A stretch of DNA of 64,000 nucleotides from Eledone cirrhosa. Its lineage: Eukaryota. The stretch spans positions 410,316,001 to 410,380,000 of the forward strand of contig OZ024741.1 of assembly GCA_964016885.1 (NCBI GenBank), read 5' to 3'. Positions 13,647 through 27,240 of the stretch are shown here, in pieces. The number at the start of each line of letters is the position of its first letter. Position 1 is the stretch's first letter. A program made the position numbers and the translations under genes. The notes beneath the pieces are model-generated. The model was not told where the DNA came from. It saw nothing but the letters and a program-made list of their open reading frames with translations, and made no database searches.

Positions 13647-13757
13647 TCCACCGCAAGGTGGCCGTGGAGGTGCCACGGCAAAAAAGCACCCAGCCCACAC
13701 TGTAAAGTGGACGTGTAGGCGCCACGAAAAAGCACCCAGCACTCACTGTAAATGAGG
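13647..13757 (+). repeat. ~46-48-bp imperfect tandem repeat (2 copies plus a partial third) in the LINE 3' UTR
   Basis: Units 13647-13694 and 13695-13740 both end in AAAAAGCACCCAGC and share GTGG.CGTG.AGG.GCCACG. A third partial unit starts ACTCACTGTAAATGAGG. Confidence 0.85.
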
Positions 13758-13901
13758 TTGGTGTTAGGAAGGGCATCCAGCTGTAGAAATCAAGCCAGAT
13801 CAGTTCCTGTATGAGCAAGGCATGGTCAGCCGACCAGACACTGCCCACAACAGGACAACCCGTCTAACCCATGCTAGCGTGGAAGAACGGACGTAAAACG
13901 G

Positions 13902-13922
13902 TGATGATGATGATGATGATGA
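13902..13922 (+). repeat. (TGA)7 3' tail of LINE
   Basis: Read directly. Short-tandem-repeat tails rather than poly(A) are typical of RTE-clade elements. Confidence 0.92.
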
Positions 13923-13928
13923 TTTCTA
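13922..13928 (+). repeat. Right target-site duplication of LINE (ATTTCTA)
   Basis: Matches 12211-12217. Its first two bases (AT) also continue the (TGA)n tail. Confidence 0.9.
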
Positions 13929-16609
13929 ATGTAAGACACTGTCTATGTTGTTTAACCCTTTCATTAACATATTTCTAATGAAAGACACTGTCTATGTTGT
14001 TTAACCCTTTCATTACCATATTTTCTATGTAAACGCTGTCTATGTTGTTTAACCCTTTCATTACCATATTTCTAATGTAAGAGACTGTCTATGTTGTTTA
14101 ACCCTTTCATTACCATAATTCTAATGAAAGACACTGTCTATGTCTTTAACCCTTCCATTACCATATTTTTAATCTAAGACACTCTCTATGTTATTTAACC
14201 CTTCCATTACCATACATCTAATGTAAGACACTGTCTATGTTGTTTAACACTTTCATTACCATATTTCTAATGTAACACACTGTCTATGTTGTTTAACCAT
14301 TTCTTTACCATATTTCTAATGTAAGAGACTGTCTATGTTGTTTAACCCTTTCATTACCATATTTCTTATGTAAGACACTGTCTATGTTATTTAACCCTTT
14401 CTTTACCATATTTCTAATGTAAGACACTGTCTATGTTGTTTAATCCTTTCATTACCATATTTCTAATGAAAGACACTGTCTATGTTGTTTAACCCTTTCA
14501 TTACCATATTTCTAATGTAAGACACTGTCTATGTTGTTTAACCCTTCCATTACCATATTTCTAATGTAAGACACTGTCTATGTTGTTTAACCCTTTCATT
14601 GCCATATTTCTAATGTAAGACACTGTCTATGTTGTTTAACCCTTTCATTACCATATTTCTAATGTAAGACATTGTCTATGTTGTTTAACCCTTTCATTAC
14701 CATATTTCTAATGTAAGACTCTGTCTATGTTGTTTAATCATTTCATTACCATATTTCTAATGTAAGACACTGTCTATGTTGTTTAACCCTTTCATTACAA
14801 TATTTCTAATGTAAGACACTGTCTATGTTGTTTAACCCTTTCATTACCATATTTCTAATGTAAGACTCTGTCTATGTTGTTTAACCCTTTCATTACCATA
14901 TTTCTAACGTAAGACACTGTCTATGTTGTTTAACCCTTTCATTACCGTATTTCTAATGAAAGACACTGTCTATGTTGTTTAACCCTTCCATTACCATATT
15001 TCTCAAGACTCTGTCTATGTTGGTTAACCCTTTCATTACCATATTTCTAATGTAATACACTGTCTATGTAGTTTAACCCTTTTACTACCATATTTCTAAT
15101 GAAAGACCCTGTCTATGTTGTTTAACCCTTTCATTTCCATATTTCTAATATAAGACCCTGTCTATGTTATTTAACCCTTTCATTACCATATTTCTAATGT
15201 AAGACACTGTCTATGTTGTTTAACCCTTTCACTACAATATTTCTAATGTTAGACACTGTCTATGTTGTTTAAACCTTTCACTACAATATTTCTAATGCAA
15301 GACACTGTCTATGTTGTTTAACCCTTCCATTACCATATTTCTTATGTAAGACACTGTCCATGTTGTTTAACCCTTTCACTATCATATTTCTAATGTAAGA
15401 CACTGTCTAAGTTGTTTAACCCTTTCATTACCATATTTCTAATGAAAGACACTGTCTATGTTGTTTAACCCTTTCATTACCATATTTCTAACGTAAACAC
15501 TCTCTATGTTGTTTAACCCTTTCAATACCATATTTCTAATGTAAGAGACTGTCTATGTTGTTTAACCCTTTCATTACCATATTTCTTATGTAAGACACTG
15601 TCTATGTTGTTTAACCCTTCCATTACCATATTTTTAATGTAAGACACTATCTATGTTGTTTAACCCTTTCATTACCATATTTCTAATGTAAGACAGTGTC
15701 TATGTTGTTTAACCCTTCCATTACCATATTTCTAATGTAAGACACTGTGTATGTTGTTTAACACTTCCATTACCATATTTCTTATGTAAGACACTGTCTA
15801 TGTTGTGTGACCCTTCCATTACCATATTTCTAATGTAAGACACTGTCTATGTTGTTTAACCCTTTCACTACAATATTTCTAATGTAAGACACTGTCTATG
15901 TTGTTTAACCCTTTCATTACCATATTTCTAATGTAAGACACTGTCTATGTTGTTTAACCTTTTCACTACCATCTTAAACACCTTCATTACCATATTTATT
16001 ATTTAAGACACTATCTATGTTGTTTAACCCTTTAATTACCATATTTCTAATGTAAGACCATGTCTATGTTGTTTAACACTTTCATTACCTTATTTATAAT
16101 GTAAGACACCGTCTATGTTGTTTAACCTTTTCACTACCATCTTTAACACTTTCATTACCATATTTCTTATGTAAGACACTGTCTATGGTGTTTAACCCTT
16201 TCAATACCATATTTCTAATGTAAGAGACTGTCTATGTTGTTTAACCCTTTCATTACCATATTTCTTATGTAAGACACTGTCTATGTTGTTTAACCCTTCC
16301 ATTACCATATTTTTAATGTAAGACACTATCTATGTTGTTTAACCCTTTCATTACCATATTTCTAATGTAAGACAGTGTCTATGTTGTTTAACCCTTCCAT
16401 TACCATATTTCTTATGTTAGACACTGTCTATGTTGTGTAACCCTTTCATTACCATATTTCTTATGTAAGACACTGTCTATCTTGTTTAACCCTTTCATTA
16501 CCATATTTCTCATGACTCTGTCTATGTTGGTTAACCCTTTCATTACCATATTTCTAATGTAAGACACTGTCTATGTTGTTTAACACTTTCATTGCCATAT
16601 TTCTAATGT

Positions 16610-18950
16610 AAGACACTGTCTATGTTGTATAACCCTTTCACTACAATATTTCTAATAAAAGACCTTTTCTATGTTGTTTAACCCTTTCATTACCATATTT
16701 CTAATGTAAGACACTGTCTATGTTGTTTAACACTTTCATTGCCATATTTCTAATGTAAGACACTGTCTATGTTGTTTAACCCTTTCATTACCATATTTCT
16801 AATGTAAGACACTGTCTATGTTGTTTAAGCCTTTCATTACCATATTTCTAATGTAAGACTCTGTCTATGTTGTTTAATCCTTTCATTACCATATTTCTAA
16901 TGTAAGACACTGTCTATGTTGTTTAACCCTTTCATTACCATATTTCTAATGTAAGACGCTGTCTATGTTGTTTAACCCTTTCATTACCATATTTCTAATG
17001 TAAGACTCTGTCTATGTTGTTTAACCCTTTCATTACCATATTTCTAACGTAAGACACTGTCTATGTTGTTTACCCCTTTCATTACTGTATTTCTAATGAA
17101 AGACACTGTCTATGTTGTTTAACCCTTTCATTACCATATTTCTGAGGTAAGACTCTGTCTATGTTGTTTAACCCTTCCATTACCATATTTCTAATGTAAG
17201 ACACTGTCTATGTTGTTTAACCCTTTCATTACCATATTTCTAATGTAAGAGACTGTCTATGTTGTTTAACCCTTTCATTACCATATTTCTAATGTAAGAG
17301 ACTGTCTATGTTGTTTAACCCTTTCATTACCATATTTCTAATGTAAGAGACTGTCTATGTTGTTTAACCCTTTCATTACCATATTTCTAATGTAAGACAC
17401 TGTCTATGTTGTTTAACCCTTCCATTACCATATTTCTAATGAAAGACATTGTCTATCTTGTTTAACCCTTTCATTACCATATTTCTCATGACTCTGTCTA
17501 TGTTGTTTAACCCTTTCATTACCACATTTATAATGTAAGACACTGTCTATGTTATTTAACCCTTTCACTACCATATTTCTAATGTAAGACAGTGTCTATG
17601 TTGTTTAACCCTTTCATTACCATATTTCTAATGAAAGACACTGTCTATGTTGTTTAACCCTTCCATTACCACATTTCTAATGTAAGAAACTGTCTATGTT
17701 GTTTAACCCTTTCATTACCATATTTCTAATGTAAGACACTGTCTATGTTGTTTAACCCTTTCATTACCATATTTCTAACGTAAGACACTGTCTATGTTGT
17801 TTAACCCTTTCATTACCGTTTTCTAATGAAAGACACTGTCTATGTTGTATAACCCTTTCACTACAATATTTCTAATAAAAGACCTTTTCTATGTTGTTTA
17901 ACCCTTTCATTACCATATTTCTAATGTAAGACACTGTCTATGTTGTTTAACACTTTCATTGCCATATTTCTAATGTAAGACACTGTCTATGTTGTTTAAC
18001 CCTTTCATTACCATATTTCTAATGTAAGACACTGTCTATGTTGTTTAACCCTTTCATTACCATATTTCTAATGTAAGACTCTGTCTATGTTGTTTAATCC
18101 TTTCATTACCATATTTCTAATGTAAGACACTGTCTATGTTGTTTAACCCTTTCATTACCATATTTCTAATGTAAGACGCTGTCTATGTTGTTTAACCCTT
18201 TCATTACCATATTTCTAACGTAAGACACTGTCTATGTTGTTTAACCCTTTCATTACTGTATTTCTAATGAAAGACACTGTCTATGTTGTTTAACCCTTTC
18301 ATTACCATATTTCTGAGGTAAGACTCTGTCTATGTTGTTTAACCCTTCCATTACCATATTTCTAATGTAAGACACTGTCTATGTTGTTTAACCCTTTCAT
18401 TACCATATTTCTAATGTAAGAGACTGTCTATGTTGTTTAACCCTTTCATTACCATATTTCTAATGTAAGAGACTGTCTATGTTGTTTAACCCTTTCATTA
18501 CCATATTTCTAATGTAAGACACTGTCTATGTTGTTTAACCCTTTCATTACCATATTTCTAATGTAAGAGACTGTCTATGTTGTTTAACCCTTTCATTACC
18601 ATATTTCTAAGGTAAGACACTGTCTATGTTGTTTAACCCTTCCATTACCATATTTCTAATGAAAGACATTGTCTATGTTGTTTAACCCTTTCATTACCAT
18701 ATTTCTCATGACTCTGTCTATGTTGTTTAACCCTTTCATTACCACATTTATAATGTAAGACACTGTCTATGTTATTTAACCCTTTCACTACCATATTTCT
18801 AATGTAAGACAGTGTCTATGTTGTTTAACCCTTTCATTACCACATTTCTAATGTAAGACACTGTCTATGTTGTTTAACCCTTTCATTACCATATTTCTAA
18901 CGTAAGACACTGTCTATGTTGTTTAACCCTTTCATTACCGTATTTCTAAT
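16610..18950. repeat. ~1.2-kb higher-order tandem duplication (approximate bounds)
   Basis: TCTAATAAAAGACCTTTT at 16651 and 17871 (offset 1220). CTGAGGTAAG at 17142 and 18313 (offset 1171 = 1220 - 49). Confidence 0.75.
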
Positions 18951-21900
18951 GAAAGACACTGTCTATGTTGTTTAACCCTTTCATTAGCATATTTCTAATG
19001 TAAGACACTGTCTATGTTGTTTAACCTTTTCACTACCATCTTTAACACTTTCATTACCATATTTCTTATGTAAGACACTCTCTATGTTGTTTAACCCTTC
19101 CATTACCATATTTCTAATGTAAGACACAGTCTATGTTGTTTAACCCTTTCATTACCATATTTCTAATGAAAGACACTGTCTATGTTATTTAACCCTTTCA
19201 TTACCATACTTCTAATGTAAGACACTGTCTATGTTGTTTAACCCTTTCATTACCATATTTCTAATGTAAGACACTGTCTATGTTGTTTAACCCTTTCATT
19301 ACCATATTTCTAATGTAAGAGACTGTCTATGTTGTTTAACCCTTTCATTACCATAATTCTAATGAAAGACACTGTCTATGTCTTTAACCTTAACCCTTCC
19401 ATTACCATATTTTTAATCTAAGACACTGTCTATGTTTTTTAACTCTTCCATTACCATATTTCTAATGTAAGACCCTGTCTATGTTGTTTAACCCTTTCAT
19501 TACCTTATTTATAATGTAAGACACCGTCTATGTTGTTTAACCTTTTCACTACCATCTTTAACACTTTCATTACCATATTTCTTATGTAAGACACTGTCTA
19601 TGTTGATAAATCCTTTCATTACCATATTTCTAATGTAAGACACTGTCTATGTTGTTTAACCCTTTCATTACCATATTTCTAATGTAAGACTCTCTCTATG
19701 TTGTTTAACCCTTTCATTACCATATTTCTAACGTAAGACACTGTCTATGTTGTTTAACCCTTTCATTACCATATTTCTAATGTAAGACTCTGTCTATGTT
19801 GTTTAACCCTTCCATTTAAATATTTCTAATGTAAGACACTGTCTATGTTGTTTAACCCTTTCATTACCATATTTCTAATGTAAGAGACTGTCTATGTTGT
19901 TTAACCTTTTTACTACCATCTTTAACACTTTCATTACCATATTTCTTATGTAAGACACTCTCTATGTTGTTTAACCCTATCACTACAATATTTCTAATGT
20001 AAGACACTGTCTATGTTGTTTAACCTTTTCACTACCATCTTTAATACTTTCATTACCATATTTCTTATGTAAGACACTCTCTATGTTGTTTAACCCTTTC
20101 ATTACCTTATTTATAATGTAAGACACCGTCTATGTTGTTTAATCTTTTCACTACCATCTTTAACACTTTCATTACCATATTTCTTATGTAAGACACTCTC
20201 TATGTTGTTTAACCATTTCATTACCATATTTCTAATGTAAGACCCTGTCTATGTTGTTTAACCCTTTCATTCCCTTATTTATAATGTAAGACACCGTCTA
20301 TGTTGTTTAACCTTTTCACTACCATCTTTAACACTTTCATTACCATATTTCTTATGTAAGACACTGTCTATGTTGTTTAATCCTTTCATTACCATATTTC
20401 TAATGTAAGACACTGTCTATGTTGTTTAACCCTTTCATTACCATATTTCTAATGTAAGACTATGTCTATGTTGTTTAACCCTTTCATTACCATATTTCTA
20501 ACGTAAGACACTGTCTATGTTGTTTAACCCTTTCATTACCGTATTTCTAATGAAAGACACTGTCTATGTTGTTTAACCCTTTCATTACCATATTTCTAAT
20601 GTAAGACTCTGTCTATGTTGTTTAATCCTTTCATTACCATATTTCTAATGTAAGACACTGTCTATGTTGTTTAACCCTTTCATTACCATATTTCTAATGT
20701 AAGACACTGTCTATGTTGTTTAACCCTTTCATTACCATATTTCTAATGTAAGAGACTGTCTATGTTGTTTAACCCTTTCATTACCATATTTCTAAGGTAA
20801 GACACTGTCTATGTTGTTTAACCCTTCCATTACCATATTTCTAATGAAAGACATTGTCTATGTTGTTTAACCCTTTCATTACCATATTTCTCATGACTCT
20901 GTCTATGTTGTTTAACCCTTTCATTACCACATTTATAATGTAAGACACTGTCTATGTTATTTAACCCTTTCACTACCATATTTCTAATGTAAGACAGTGT
21001 CTATGTTGTTTAACCCTTTCATTACCACATTTCTAATGTAAGACACTGTCTATGTTGTTTAACCCTTTCATTACCATATTTCTAACGTAAGACACTGTCT
21101 ATGTTGTTTAACCCTTTCATTACCGTATTTCTAATGAAAGACACTGTCTATGTTGTTTAACCCTTTCATTAGCATATTTCTAATGTAAGACACTGTCTAT
21201 GTTGTTTAACCTTTTCACTACCATCTTTAACACTTTCATTACCATATTTCTTATGTAAGACACTCTCTATGTTGTTTAACCCTTCCATTACCATATTTCT
21301 AATGTAAGACACTGTCTATGTTGTTTAACCCTTTCATTACCATATTTCTAATGAAAGACACTGTCTATGTTATTTAACCCTTTCATTACCATATTTCTAA
21401 TGTAAGACACTGTCTATGTTGTTTAACCCTTTCATTACCATATTTCTAATGTAAGACACTGTCTATGTTGTTTAACCCTTTCATTACCATATTTCTAATG
21501 TAAGAGACTGTCTATGTTGTTTAACCCTTTCATTACCATAATTCTAATGAAAGACACTGTCTATGTCTTTAACCTTAACCCTTCCATTACCATATTTTTA
21601 ATCTAAGACACTGTCTATGTTTTTTAACTCTTCCATTACCATATTTCTAATGTAAGACCCTGTCTATGTTGTTTAACCCTTTCATTACCTTATTTATAAT
21701 GTAAGACACCGTCTATGTTGTTTAACCTTTTCACTACCATCTTTAACACTTTCATTACCATATTTCTTATGTAAGACACTGTCTATGTTGATAAATCCTT
21801 TCATTACCATATTTCTAATGTAAGACACTGTCTATGTTGTTTAACCCTTTCATTACCATATTTCTAATGTAAGACTCTCTCTATGTTGTTTAACCCTTTC

Positions 21901-22938
21901 ATTACCATATTTCTAACGTAAGACACTGTCTATGTTGTTTAACCCTTTCATTACCATATTTCTAATGTAAGACTCTGTCTATGTTGTTTAACCCTTCCAT
22001 TTAAATATTTCTAATGTAAGACACTGTCTATGTTGTTTAACCCTTTCATTACCATATTTCTAATGTAAGAGACTGTCTATGTTGTTTAACCTTTTTACTA
22101 CCATCTTTAACACTTTCATTACCATATTTCTTATGTAAGACACTCTCTATGTTGTTTAACCCTATCACTACAATATTTCTAATGTAAGACACTGTCTATG
22201 TTGTTTAACCTTTTCACTACCATCTTTAATACTTTCATTACCATATTTCTTATGTAAGACACTCTCTATGTTGTTTAACCCTTTCATTACCTTATTTATA
22301 ATGTAAGACACCGTCTATGTTGTTTAATCTTTTCACTACCATCTTTAACACTTTCATTACCATATTTCTTATGTAAGACACTCTCTATGTTGTTTAACCA
22401 TTTCATTACCATATTTCTAATGTAAGACCCTGTCTATGTTGTTTAACCCTTTCATTCCCTTATTTATAATGTAAGACACCGTCTATGTTGTTTAACCTTT
22501 TCACTACCATCTTTAACACTTTCATTACCATATTTCTTATGTAAGACACTGTCTATGTTGTTTAATCCTTTCATTACCATATTTCTAATGTAAGACACTG
22601 TCTATGTTGTTTAACCCTTTCATTACCATATTTCTAATGTAAGACTATGTCTATGTTGTTTAACCCTTTCATTACCATATTTCTAACGTAAGACACTGTC
22701 TATGTTGTTTAACCCTTTCATTACCGTATTTCTAATGAAAGACACTGTCTATGTTGTTTAACCCTTTCATTACCATATTTCTAATGTAAGACTCTGTCTA
22801 TGTTGTTTAATCCTTTCATTACCATATTTCTAATGTAAGACACTGTCTATGTTGTTTAACCCTTTCATTACCATATTTCTAATGTAAGACACTGTCTATG
22901 TTGTTTAACCCTTTCATTACCATATTTCTAATGTAAGA
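18472..22938. repeat. 2185-bp higher-order tandem duplication (2 copies)
   Basis: Rare markers recur at a constant 2185 offset: GGTAAGAC 18611/20796, TCTTTAACCTTAACC 19381/21566, GATAAATCC 19605/21790. Confidence 0.9.
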
Positions 22939-23032
22939 CTCTGTCTATGTTGTTTAACCCTTTCATTACCATATTTCTAACGTAAGACACTGTTTATGTT
23001 GTTTAACCCTTTCATTACCGTATTTCTAATGA

Positions 23033-26000
23033 AAGACACTGTCTATGTTGTTTAACCCTTTCATTACCATATTTCTGATGTAAGACTCTGTCTATGTTGT
23101 TTAACCCTTCCATTACCATATTTCTAATGTAAGACACTGTCTATGTTGTTTAACCCTTTCATTACCATATTTCTAATGTAAGAGACTGTCTATGTTGTTT
23201 AACCCTTTCATTACCATATTTCTAATGTAAGACACTGTCTATGTTGTTTAACCCTTTCATTACCATATTTCTAATGTAAGAGACTGTCTATGTTGTTTAA
23301 CCCTTTCATTACCATATTTCTAATGTAAGACACTGTCTATGTTGTTTAACCCTTCCATTACCATATTTCTAATGAAAGACATTGTCTATCTTGTTTAACC
23401 CTTTCATTACCATATTTCTCATGACCCTGTCTATGTTGTTTAACCCTTTCATTACCACATTTATAATGTAAGACACTGTCTATGTTATTTAACCCTTTCA
23501 CTACCATATTTCTACTGTAAGACAGTGTCTATGTTGTTTAACCCTTTCATTACCATATTTCTAATGAAAGACACTGTCTATGTTGTTTAACCCTTCCATT
23601 ACCACATTTCTAATGTAAGAAACTGTCTATGTTGTTTAACCCTTTCATTACCATATTTCTAATGTAAGACACTGTCTATGTTGTTTAACCCTTTCATTAC
23701 CATATTTCTAACATAAGACACTGTCTATGTTGTTTAACCCTTTCATTACCGTATTTCTAATGAAAGACACTGTCTATGTTGTTTAACACTTTCATTAGCA
23801 TATTTCTAATGTAAGACACTGTCTATGTTGTTTAACCTTTTCACTACCATCTTTAACACTTTCATTACCATATTTCTTATGTAAGACACTCTCTATGTTG
23901 TTTAACCCTTTCATTACCATATTTCTAATCTAAGACTCTGTCTATGTTGTTTAACTCTTCCATTACCATATTTCTAATGTAAGACACAGTCTATGTTGTT
24001 TAACCCTTTCATTACCATATTTCTAATGAAAGACACTGTCTATGTTATTTATCCCTTTCCTTACCATATTTCTAATGTAAGACACTGTCTATGTTGTTTA
24101 ACCCTTTCATTACCATATTTCTAATGTAAGACACTGTCTATGTTGTTTAACCCTTTCATTACCATATTTCTAATGTAAGAGACTGTCTATGTTGTTTAAC
24201 CCTTTCATTACCATAATTCTCATGAAAGACACTGTCTATGTCTTTAACCCTTCCATTACCATATTTTTAATCTAAGACTCTGTCTATGTTGTTTAACTCT
24301 TCCATTACCATATTTCTAATGTAAGACACAGTCTATGTTGTTTAACCCTTTCATTACCATATTTCTAATGAAAGACACTGTCTATGTTATTTATCCCTTT
24401 CATTACCATATTTCTAATGTAAGACACTGTCTATGTTGTTTAACCCTTTCATTACCATATTTCTGATGTAAGACTCTGTCTATGTTGTTTAACCCTTCCA
24501 TTACCATATTTCTAATGTAAGACACTGTCTATGTTGTTTAACCCTTTCATTACCATATTTCTAATGTAAGAGACTGTCTATGTTGTTTAACCCTTTCATT
24601 ACCATATTTCTAATGTAAGACACTGTCTATGTTGTTTAACCCTTTCATTACCATATTTCTAATGTAAGAGACTGTCTATGTTGTTTAACCCTTTCATTAC
24701 CATATTTCTAATGTAAGACACTGTCTATGTTGTTTAACCCTTCCATTACCATATTTCTAATGAAAGACATTGTCTATCTTGTTTAACCCTTTCATTACCA
24801 TATTTCTCATGACCCTGTCTATGTTGTTTAACCCTTTCATTACCACATTTATAATGTAAGACACTGTCTATGTTATTTAACCCTTTCACTACCATATTTC
24901 TACTGTAAGACAGTGTCTATGTTGTTTAACCCTTTCATTACCATATTTCTAATGAAAGACACTGTCTATGTTGTTTAACCCTTCCATTACCACATTTCTA
25001 ATGTAAGAAACTGTCTATGTTGTTTAACCCTTTCATTACCATATTTCTAATGTAAGACACTGTCTATGTTGTTTAACCCTTTCATTACCATATTTCTAAC
25101 ATAAGACACTGTCTATGTTGTTTAACCCTTTCATTACCGTATTTCTAATGAAAGACACTGTCTATGTTGTTTAACACTTTCATTAGCATATTTCTAATGT
25201 AAGACACTGTCTATGTTGTTTAACCTTTTCACTACCATCTTTAACACTTTCATTACCATATTTCTTATGTAAGACACTCTCTATGTTGTTTAACCCTTTC
25301 ATTACCATATTTCTAATCTAAGACTCTGTCTATGTTGTTTAACTCTTCCATTACCATATTTCTAATGTAAGACACAGTCTATGTTGTTTAACCCTTTCAT
25401 TACCATATTTCTAATGAAAGACACTGTCTATGTTATTTATCCCTTTCCTTACCATATTTCTAATGTAAGACACTGTCTATGTTGTTTAACCCTTTCATTA
25501 CCATATTTCTAATGTAAGACACTGTCTATGTTGTTTAACCCTTTCATTACCATATTTCTAATGTAAGAGACTGTCTATGTTGTTTAACCCTTTCATTACC
25601 ATAATTCTCATGAAAGACACTGTCTATGTCTTTAACCCTTCCATTACCATATTTTTAATCTAAGACTCTGTCTATGTTGTTTAACTCTTCCATTACCATA
25701 TTTCTAATGTAAGACACAGTCTATGTTGTTTAACCCTTTCATTACCATATTTCTAATGAAAGACACTGTCTATGTTATTTATCCCTTTCATTACCATATT
25801 TCTAATGTAAGACACTGTCTATGTTGTTTAACCCTTTCATTACCATATTTCTGATGTAAGACTCTGTCTATGTTGTTTAACCCTTCCATTACCATATTTC
25901 TAATGTAAGACACTGTCTATGTTGTTTAACCCTTTCATTACCATATTTCTAATGTAAGAGACTGTCTATGTTGTTTAACCCTTTCATTACCATATTTCTA

Positions 26001-27240
26001 ATGTAAGACACTGTCTATGTTGTTTAACCCTTTCATTACCATATTTCTAATGTAAGAGACTGTCTATGTTGTTTAACCCTTTCATTACCATATTTCTAAT
26101 GTAAGACACTGTCTATGTTGTTTAACCCTTCCATTACCATATTTCTAATGAAAGACATTGTCTATCTTGTTTAACCCTTTCATTACCATATTTCTCATGA
26201 CCCTGTCTATGTTGTTTAACCCTTTCATTACCACATTTATAATGTAAGACACTGTCTATGTTATTTAACCCTTTCACTACCATATTTCTACTGTAAGACA
26301 GTGTCTATGTTGTTTAACCCTTTCATTACCATATTTCTAATGAAAGACACTGTCTATGTTGTTTAACCCTTCCATTACCACATTTCTAATGTAAGAAACT
26401 GTCTATGTTGTTTAACCCTTTCATTACCATATTTCTAATGTAAGACACTGTCTATGTTGTTTAACCCTTTCATTACCATATTTCTAACATAAGACACTGT
26501 CTATGTTGTTTAACCCTTTCATTACCGTATTTCTAATGAAAGACACTGTCTATGTTGTTTAACACTTTCATTAGCATATTTCTAATGTAAGACACTGTCT
26601 ATGTTGTTTAACCTTTTCACTACCATCTTTAACACTTTCATTACCATATTTCTTATGTAAGACACTCTCTATGTTGTTTAACCCTTTCATTACCATATTT
26701 CTAATCTAAGACTCTGTCTATGTTGTTTAACTCTTCCATTACCATATTTCTAATGTAAGACACAGTCTATGTTGTTTAACCCTTTCATTACCATATTTCT
26801 AATGAAAGACACTGTCTATGTTATTTATCCCTTTCCTTACCATATTTCTAATGTAAGACACTGTCTATGTTGTTTAACCCTTTCATTACCATATTTCTAA
26901 TGTAAGACACTGTCTATGTTGTTTAACCCTTTCATTACCATATTTCTAATGTAAGAGACTGTCTATGTTGTTTAACCCTTTCATTACCATAATTCTCATG
27001 AAAGACACTGTCTATGTCTTTAACCCTTCCATTACCATATTTTTAATCTAAGACTCTGTCTATGTTGTTTAACTCTTCCATTACCATATTTCTAATGTAA
27101 GACACAGTCTATGTTGTTTAACCCTTTCATTACCATATTTCTAATGAAAGACACTGTCTATGTTATTTATCCCTTTCATTACCATATTTCTAATGTAAGA
27201 CACTGTCTATGTTGTTTAACCCTTTCATTACCATATTTCT
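23033..27240. repeat. 1388-bp (28-monomer) higher-order repeat, 3 tandem copies
   Basis: CTGATGTAAGACTC at 23075/24463/25851 and GACCCTGT after CTCAT at 23423/24811/26199. 1388 = 28x49 + 21 - 4 - 1, matching the three indel variants in the unit. Confidence 0.92.

Larger units (their letters stand above)
12218..13921 (+). mobile_element. 5'-truncated non-LTR retrotransposon (LINE), RTE clade, 1704 bp
   Basis: Abrupt switch from satellite to complex sequence. Non-LTR RT ORF with RTE-like C-terminal motifs (RRLRWYGHVMR, GRPKMTW, DRDFWR), ~300-bp 3' UTR and (TGA)7 tail. Flanked by ATTTCTA at 12211-12217 and 13922-13928. No endonuclease domain present, consistent with 5' truncation. Confidence 0.93.

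Noticed and set aside
12374-13848. Minus-strand ORFs 12374-12760, 13043-13489, 13522-13848, 13545-13742
   Set aside because: Antisense shadows of the RT ORF and 3' UTR with no recognisable motifs.
13620-13921. Self-cleaving ribozyme (hammerhead or HDV) in the 3' UTR or SINE
   Set aside because: No CUGANGA...GAAA core in a proper stem context seen. RTE HDV-like ribozymes lie at the 5' end, which is missing.
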